From Paraspadella gotoi (taxonomy: Eukaryota; Animalia; Chaetognatha), in the NCBI GenBank assembly GCA_051294375.1, contig CM119264.1, positions 22,903,826 through 22,967,825 of the forward strand: a DNA stretch of 64,000 nt, in the 5' to 3' direction. Under the pieces are notes generated by a model. That model did not search any database and was not told where the DNA came from. It saw only the letters and a list, made by a program, of their open reading frames with translations. Position 1 is the first letter of the stretch. The number at the start of each line of letters is the position of its first letter. Of the stretch, positions 55,325-64,000 are shown piece by piece. Made by a program: the position numbers and the translations under genes.

Positions 55325-58300
55325 TTAGTCAGTCAGTCTAAACTCTAGTATTTCTTTGCAAGGTTCCGATGATCCTCTCGGCCTGGCTACACTCGAACGC
55401 CTCGTCCGCCTCCAGCGTCGCTCTCCTCATTTCTTGACTTCAGACTTTCTTCAATTGGATCGTCGACGCCGGTGGAAGCCGCATCGGCCGACGACGACGA
55501 GGACGACGACGACGAGGACGACGACGACGAGGACGACGATAAGGACGACGTTAAGATCGACGACGTCGTGTTGGCCGGAATGCGATTTGGTAACGCCTTT
55601 ATTAATTAATAAAAGTATTATGTCACTTAAGTTTTACAATCAGAAAGAGGAAATAATTCATGCATTATCGCAGTAAATATAAACAGATTTCTGAAATGAT
55701 AGATAACAGTCAATTGTGAAACATCATTATCAAAAAGTAATTTAATTTTTCTTTTTAAAAAAATGAATAACTTTTTAAAATTATAATTTCTCTATTCTTT
55801 AACTAAATATATTTTCTCATCTAAAACCAACTAATTTTTTTAATCATCTTTTGTCACAAGTAAAATGAATATTTTTTACAACGTATAACCTTCCCCCAAC
55901 CCTCCCTTCGCCTCCACCCCCTTACCGCCCCCCCCAAAAGGAACAAACGGCGGATTCCTGCTTCCGCTTCTTCTTCAAGGATGAGCGCGAGATCCTCGCC
56001 CCCTTCCGGCGACCTCGAAGCCTCGACGAGCGACTCGACGATTGGGAGTGCGACGCCGTCGACGACGCGCTGCGAGTCGTCGCCCTCGTCGACGACGAAC
56101 ATCCCTCTCACATCCGGGTCAGGGAGAGGAAGAGGCTCGACGAGATTGATCATCCTTTCTTCGGGGCGGTGGCGCCGATAGCGAGGGTGGAGGAGGATGA
56201 GGAGGAGGAGGAAGATGAAGAGGAAGATGAAGAAGAGGAAGCAAAACGAGAAGAAATGTCTGACGAAATTAAAATCGAAAAAGTCGTTGACCATCCGAAA
56301 ATCAGCCCCGATGGATCGAGGCAAGGAGCGGTATCTGCAGATGTCATAAAGGTTGACTTCTCAGCGATGAATGACTCTTTTAAAGAAGAATTAGTTTCCA
56401 ATGCCTCACCAACGTTTTTATCGGACGCAAAAGAAGTTTCAACGACAAAGGAGTCAGCTGATATAATGGGTTCGAAAATCTTAGAGACTGAGCTCTCTTC
56501 AACAGATGTCCTAAAAAACCGCGACTCATATACAATGAGAGAAATCCTATCTGAAAGGACAATGAAAGAAGACAAAGTAATCCAATCTGAAAAGACGAAG
56601 AAAGAAGACAAAGAAATCACATCTAAAAGGACAAAGAAAGAAGACAAAGAAATCCCATCAAAAAAGACAATGAAAGAAGAAAAAGTAATCCCATCTGAAA
56701 AGATGAAGAAAGAAGAAAAAGAAATCCTATCAAAAAAGACAATGAAAGAAGATAAAGTAATCCCATCTGAAAAGTCAAAGAAAGAAGACAAAGTAAACCT
56801 ATCTGAAAAGACAATGATAGAAGACAAAGAAATCCCATCGAAAAAGAAAATGAAAGAAGACAAAGTAATTTCATCTGAAAAGACGAAGAAAGAAGACAAA
56901 GTAATTCCATCTGAAAAGACGAAGAAAGAAGACAAAGAAATCCCATCAAAAAAGACAATGAAAGAAGACAAAGTAATTCCATCTGAAAAGACGAAGAAAG
57001 AAGACAAAGAAATTCCATCCAAAAAGTCAAAGAAAAAAGACAAAGAAATCACATCTAAAAGGACAAAGAAAGAAGACAAAGAAATCCTATCAAAAACTGA
57101 CAAACTGTTGACGGTCGATACGACCTCTCATTTCAAAAATCGGCCGACAGTAATGACAACGATGAAGACGACGACGACGACGTCGAAAAATCAAACGACG
57201 TCCAAAAGTCAGACGACAACGAACGATCAAGCGACGACGTCGACGACGACGATGACGCCGACGACGAAACCCGTCGACGACGACGACGACGACGACGACG
57301 AAAACGAGGGATCGAACGAAAGCCTCGTGCAAAGAAATTGTCTCGGACTGATCGACGAAGGGATGAAGGTTATCGGGTCCGGATGGATCGAGCGACGAGC
57401 GGACGGACGTACGGACTCGCTCGAAGATTCGGACAGACGGTCGGTGTTTCGTTGGAAGTGGGGAGAGAGGGGGAGGGAGAGAGAGAAGGAGAGGGGGAGG
57501 AAGAAAGAGAAGGAGAGAGGGAGGGAAAACGATTCATCGTCTCGATCTCCGACGAATTTTTCGATCGCGAAATTCGTTTTAAGATCCTCGTTATCTCCGA
57601 GCAAAAAGTCGAACGAGGGGAAGAAGAAGGTGAATGCGAAGGAGGAAGGTTTACCTACTGACGGAGGGAGAGCTACAACAACAACAACAACATCAAAGAC
57701 AACTTCGACTCCCCCTTGCGGCGAAGTCGTCGGCGACATTAACGGAAACGTGGATGACGCCGGGGCGACGATGGAAACGCAAATCGTCGCCGGCGAGTTG
57801 CCGACGACGGCGTCGCTGGTGCAGGAGATCGTTGTCGATCAAATGGAGATTCGAAATAAGGAGACCATCGGAGTGTCGGTCGAAAGGTCGGTCGACAAGT
57901 CGGCTAAAAAGTCGGCCCAGAAACCGACGAAAAAGTCTCCCGAGAAATCTGTCCACCACTCGACCGAATCCTCGAATCTCAAGAATGTTGAAGAGTTGAG
58001 TCTCGGCTTTTCCGCGAGCAAATGGAAGTTTGCGTGGAAAGAGAAAAAGACGCCGAGATCCACGCCGCGTTCCAAGGCGCCGGAAGCTGGGCCGGTTTCT
58101 ACGACGCCGCAGGGCTCCAAGGAAGAATCAAGGTTGAATCAATTCGACGCCTTTTTAGATTTGCTGGAGAAGGACGACGCCGTGAAGAGGTCGACGTCGC
58201 GAAGTTCGGAGTCGACGACGACGGAGAGGATCGTCGAGGATGGCCGCGAGGATGAAGACGAAGGCAGCGACGAGGAGTTCCAAGACGCCAGGGATGAGTT

Positions 58301-61300
58301 GGAGGAGGAGGAGATGATCAACGTCACGGAGTTGCTTCATTCGAAGATGAGGGAAGTGGCGAGGAGAGAAGACGAAGCGGAGGAGGAAGAGGAAGACGAG
58401 AGGAGAAAAGATGGCGATGTCTGGAGCGTCGGCGGTGATTCGTTGGAAGAATCAGAGGCCGAAGGCGACAGATTCGCCGACGAGCGACTGCGGAGAATCT
58501 TCGAGGATATGCATCGGAATCTGGAAGAGGAGGAAGGAATAAAGGAGAAAAAGAGGAAGGATGACGATGGACGAAAGGATGGGAGTAAAAAGAAAGGAGA
58601 GGAGGTGAAAATGAAGAAGGAAAAGAGGGAGGAGGAGAGAGGAAAGGAAATAGAAAATGTTATGGAAGAAGAAAAAAAGAAGAAGGAGAGCAAGGAAGAG
58701 GAGAGCGGGAAAAAGATATCAATAGAAAAGACAGAAGAAAAGAGCCAAGAAGACAGAAAAATTGACGAAGTATTGAAGTCCGAGGTTCAAGATGAAAAAT
58801 CCCGAATTATTGAACACTCTTCATCTTCTCACTCCACCATCCCATCCTCTCGCTCCTCTATCCCATCCACTCGCTCCTCGATCCTATCCACTCGCTCCTC
58901 TATCTCATCCTCTCGCTCCTCTATCCCATCCTGTTCCTTCACAATTCCATCCTCTCGCTCCCCCGCGGCATCCCCTCGCTTCTCTCGCCTTTCCTCTCTC
59001 TCCTCCCTCCCTCTCCCCCTCTCTTCTCACCCTTACTCCCGCTCCGCCTCTTCATCTCTCAAATCCTGGAGTCCGGATCTCCGCGTCATCCACGAAGTCA
59101 GCGCCTCGCGAGAGGCGACGCCGGGTTCCGACGCCGCCTCCGCCTCCAGCGCCGACACGGACGAACTCATCCGGCGCGCTCGTGCCTTCGTTGCCGAAGG
59201 GGAGTCTGTGACAGCGCCGGACAACGAAGATAGGTTGGCCGGAAAAACGTTGACGCCGGGGAAAATTAGGTGTTAAGATTTATTAAATTAAATTGTTTCC
59301 TTTTTATTCGTTATCGTTAATAAACTTTTTGTTAAATGGAGAAAATGATTTTTGATTTTTTTTTATAGTTTGTCAGTTAGTAAATTTGGGGGTGATAAAA
59401 TAGTCATGGAGGGTTTTAAACGAAAGTGAAATAGGCTCCGCATTTATATAGCAAATTGGATAAAAGTCTTTTCAAAAAAACGTTTTTCCGGTCAATCCCG
59501 CTCGCAGTGATAGTGACTACGAACTTCAACTTCAACGTTCGTGTCCTTTATCCTATCGACGCTCCGAATCCTTCAACGAACAATCTCCATCTCCCTCTGA
59601 CGAACCACTCGCAGAACAGTATTTCACGGAACAAACTCCATCGCCGATCCTCGATGATTTGGATGATTTCGTTGATCCTTCACTTTCATCTTGTCAAAAC
59701 GAAGAAAGTCGCTGGGAATTCAGGTCACCCTCTCCTTTTTATAAATTTTATTACGGAGATGTAGAAGCTGACCTTGAAGCTTCGCCAACTCATTATGAAA
59801 AGCAGCAGCAGTTTTTCTTTGAACATATTCCGGCTCCAAAGTTCGATGATCGAGTAGAACATTCCCCCGTCTTGACCCATGAAGAAACAACTGACAGGGG
59901 GTATTTTGAGTCGTCCAAAGATTTACCCCAACCTCCCATAAAATCAGTTAGCTGTGAAGATTTAGAAATTTTCACGGATCATTCACCCTATCGGTCTCTG
60001 AGTTATCAAGATGGTGAACAGTGTATCGAAGAGCATTCGCCATCCGATTCTCTTTCGGGAGAACAACTCTGTGGTACATTTTTCAGACGTTCTCCTTCTC
60101 CATCCTGCGAAAACGAATTTTGCCCGTCATGCAATCTCAGCATCGAACGGCCCATCGAAGCCTTCTTCGAACGGTGCCCATCTCCGCCACCAACAGTCTT
60201 TGAAGATTCCCACGAATCATTCATTGACTCGACAACACCAAATCAGATTATCCTCGATCCTTTTGAATCCTTCTACGAACAATGCCCAGCTCCCTCCCAA
60301 ACGCATTTGACTAATTCCTTTAAATCATTAATCGATAACTCTCAATCTCGCAATAATCTCATAGATCCCTTTATCGAGCCTTCCCCATCTCCACCTCGTA
60401 ATCTTTACTGTGATAGTCATTTTGAAAACTTCGTCGAGCCTTTGCAATCTTTATCTGGCAATCTCGACTTCCATCATCCCTTTGAAACCTTCATCGAGCC
60501 ATCCCCGTCTCCTCCACATAATCTTCACTGTGACGGCCACTTTGAAACCTTCGTGGAGCCTTCACCATCTTCACCTCGCAACATCGACTTCAACCGCCCC
60601 TTCGATTCATTCGTCGATCACTCTCCATCTCCTTCTGACTCTGACTCCTGGAATCGTTTACCGATCGAAGGCAAAGAGGATCGCGTCTTTGTCTTTGACG
60701 ATTCCCCGCTTCTCCAGCGCCATTCCCCATCAACGGTCCCGCAATTTGACATCAACGACATCGACTCTGTGGAGGATCTGGCGTCGATCCAAAGCGAGGA
60801 GAGCTTTGGCCTCCTGGAGGTCCAGTCGAAGAAGGAGGCGGAGAATTTCGCAGCGACAAAAACGACGGCCATTTTTGAAGAAGCTCATCATCCACCGCTG
60901 CGAGGTACGCTTTATACATGTGAGATCTATTACTGTTTATTCTTAAAATATTTTAGTAATTAGTTTTAAGAAGTATAGATTATATTAATAATTCTAGTGT
61001 TCTAATTCTAGATCAAGCATGATTATTTTGTTTCTCGCTACATACGTATCTCTCACGCGCGTGAAACTTTGTATTTGTTTCATTTACGTAAATTACAGAA
61101 GGAACTCATCCAATGTTTTTCCAAGGGCTGCGTTCGGAGCGAGGCTCCCTTTCCGCGAGGTCCTCTCGCTCGATGTGCTCGTCCTCGGATTTTGAGGAAG
61201 CTTCGGCTTCGGCGTCGACGAGCGGATTGGTAACCGAAGGACTAAGCGATTCACTTTTCGAGGGTCGATCGAGAGACGCCACGCCCATCGGGATGACGAC

Positions 61301-61733
61301 AAGAAATTGGCGCGATTTGACGCCAACCGCCGACGAAGATGACGCCGGCGACTCCCACTCACCCGTCATCGTTTCTTTTCGCTTCCGGTCTTCGTCCTCG
61401 CGCCGCCTTTGCAAGAGTTCATCGAACGACTTGGCGACGCCTGACGGCGATTCGACGCCGGACGGAGTCGAGCGGCGCCTGTTTCCCAAGAGGCGTCGAA
61501 ATCGGATCGGCGCCGCAGGAGGACGAAGAGCGTCGGTGGCGTCGCCGTCGGCGGCGGCGTGGTCCAGCGACGAGGGCGTCGGCGTCTCCTCGTCCGACGA
61601 CGAAACCGGAAGTTGGAGAAAATCCGCGCCGGAGATCGGCGTCAGGCGGCGCCGCGATCGGGAAGGGGGAATGCCGAGGTGGGCGCGGCGTCGCGAGAGC
61701 AACGTCGGTTTGGAATGGACGAGAAAAACTTAA
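53003..61733 (+). CDS. ~2407-aa protein with a bacterial DUF1444/YtpQ-like domain embedded in long disordered and repetitive regions. Exons 53003-53971, 54309-54431, 54568-54681, 54777-55206, 55363-55589, 55941-59269, 59508-60904, 61099-61733
   Basis: Exon lengths sum to 7224 nt with consistent phases and GT/AG boundaries; the model links four separate ORF-track entries. N-terminus MGVGGS fits the MGxxxS myristoylation consensus. The domain reads MSRSAFAAF..L...RLVPVIK...LRWTLAVDYG..RFVTE...AVANLR...DGLAASMILAP...GRHVVALPAPGILLVTGSDDPLGLATL...PHFLT...W. Confidence 0.75.
55238..55324. repeat. (AAAG)n microsatellite, intronic
   Basis: Tetranucleotide run. Confidence 0.9.
56565..57096 (+). repeat. 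Coding 36-bp (12-aa) tandem repeat, ~15 copies, consensus KEDK(V/E)IPS(E/K)KT(K/M)
   Basis: Visible in both DNA and translation within exon 55941-59269. Confidence 0.92.
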
Positions 61734-62281
61734 AAGTGTGATTTTGATTTTAAAAGAAATGATACAACGGATTTTAAGATTTCGCATCATCAGAATGTCA
61801 TGCGAAATCAGGTTCGTAACTCTTGGTCTTTCACGGGTATCGAAATCTTTCTCGCATCGTTTCTGATTTACGGTCTATGTCTTTCTTTTAGGGTAACGTT
61901 AAACTAAAGTATTAGATGTAAAATAAATTACTCTGTTTAGAATTTGATTTTTCTTACGCGATATACTACTTAATTAGGTAAATTGTAAATAGGTAGTTAG
62001 AAAGACAAGTGGATATTTTCAGTCATAAGAGAGAAACAAAAAGGGTTATTTCTTCCTAAGAACTTTTTCGTTCTCAGACTAAGAGCCGAATCAATTAAGT
62101 CATTCATTTAATTTCCTAATGAACTTCGATGCCCCTTTTTTCGCTCAAGGTCAGCGATAAAAGCTACAATCTTGAGGTCGAAGGTGACAAAAAAGGAAAT
62201 AGCAAATGGCGCCATCTTTTTACTTTTAATTTTTGCAAACGTTGCATCAATGTTTCTTACCACTTTTTTAATAGAAATATT

Positions 62282-62398
<117 letters not shown>

Positions 62399-63287
62399 TC
62401 AGTAGTCGATCTGTGGTCAATCGCGGGACCAGAACAGCGAAAGAGAGATTTCAAGGACGTCTCTCTCGTCATACATAGTTATAGAGATATTTAAATATTT
62501 AAATTTAAATTTAAAACTACAGAGGGTCGCTCTTTAAAAAGAAATAGTTATCTTTAATATCGTTTTGAAACCAGGACCAAGCCAGCAAGTGACGGGGACC
62601 GCAAGAGGACAAGCGCCGCAAAACAAAAGGCTTCGGAGATGGGCGCTACTCGATAGTTCCGGGCCGCCCGGTGGAGTCGACTATTTGGAGAGAGGAGATG
62701 ATAGTCGGGCGGCGCCGCGGCGGGAAAAAAACGATTAGCGGCGCCGCGACGATTAGCGGCGCCGGTCCTCATTAGCGCCGCAAAGATGACTCTTCGAATT
62801 CACAGGCAGGAGGCGTTGGCGGCGGCGGTGGAGTCCCGAGAACGATTCGCTCGATTCATTCTTTCTATTCTTCTTCGTCGTTATTATCACTGTTATCATC
62901 ATCATTATCATTATCGGCAATAGCACGGTGTTCATTTAAGTCGTCGTCGTAGTCGTCGTCGTCGTAGTCGTCGTCGTCGTTGTCGTCCTTTTATGATCGT
63001 ATTCGTCTTCTTTCTCGTTGAGATTGTCAATATTTCCACCATTACTCGTCATTATCGCGCCAATTTTTGATGACTTCGTTCAATTACGTATTAGTTTATT
63101 TAAAAAATTCTTGTGACTGGGAATTTTGACTTAATGTCGACTTTCGAAAGAGAAACCCTTCGAGAATAAATCTTGCTTAACGCAAATATACGTAAAACAA
63201 ATTCAAACTTATCTTGCTCGATCCTAACTTGTGGATATTAACCCTCCCTGGTAAACAGCAATGGTCACAAAAACGTTTTCAATATTT

Positions 63288-63342
<55 letters not shown>

Positions 63343-63352
63343 GGAGAGAGAG

Positions 63353-63385
<33 letters not shown>

Positions 63386-64000
63386 GCCCAATCTAAAAAA
63401 AGAAAAGTGAGGCCACGTGATGCTGAGAGGAAGCGGAGCCGAGGAGGCAGTCACTACGGTAAAGTAGGTTTTTGCTTCTTTAAAAAGTTAAATATAAGTG
63501 TTGGAAGCAAAAAAAAAAAAAAAATCGGATTCACGTGGACGGACATTGATCTTCAATAATAGTCGAACAAATTAAAAATAAAATTAATGCTTTAAAGATA
63601 AAAAATATAATAGAATTACAAGTTAATAAATATAAGCTTTACCAAGAATGAGGACAAGTATAAATATATTAAAAATATTTTTTTTTCAAAATCATTTTTT
63701 CTACTAAATTTCCAAGTTAACGAATTTTAATTAACATATGTGCACATTGTGCTGTAAACAATAAAAATTTTATTTTCGAGCTCAAATCATCCAAAGCGCA
63801 AGTTTTCGTTCGCTACGCCTCTATCTAACCGGAGTGCCTTCACGAGTTGCGTTAACCTCCTCTTCCTCCCATTCCTCCTCCTCCTCATTCTCCACTTTTC
63901 CTTTTTTTTCTTTCTTCCTCCTCCTTTCCTTTTTCCTCCCTTCCTCCTCTTTTTCCTTCACTTCGCGAAACTAGGCGATCCTTTCCCGCTTTAAGCTTCG

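Noticed and set aside
56150-57103. 317-aa hydrophobic repeat ORF on the minus strand
   Set aside because: Antisense shadow of the 36-bp K/E coding repeat.
62554-62850. GC-rich minus-strand ORF
   Set aside because: Short, with no recognisable domain, and no splice context could be established.

Overview
Eukaryotic, almost certainly animal, genomic DNA with short GT-AG introns, AT-rich intergenic DNA and many (AG)n/(CT)n microsatellites. It comes from a draft assembly with several gaps of exactly 25 N flanked by indel-ridden duplicated blocks, which looks like long-read gap-filling artefact. Genes reconstructed by hand-splicing: (1) the 3' ten exons of a NOX1-4-type NADPH oxidase (+, 2-3793); (2) a CTR1/SLC31 copper transporter (-, 5532-6430); (3) a U4 snRNA gene (-, 29449-29590); (4) a 9-exon, ~513-aa highly divergent paralog of cytosolic ribosomal protein uS5/RPS2 with a charge-reversed RNA-binding loop and a long disordered tail carrying two PABP-binding-like motifs (+, 47036-49669); (5) an 8-exon, ~2400-aa gene whose only globular-looking region resembles the bacterial DUF1444/YtpQ family, with a 7-Cys insertion and an upstream cluster of metal-response-element cores (+, 53003-61733). 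Several unassigned low-complexity spliced genes, a structured ~215-nt island in a NOX intron and a perfect 95-bp palindrome are also present. All family assignments come from motif recognition, not database searches.
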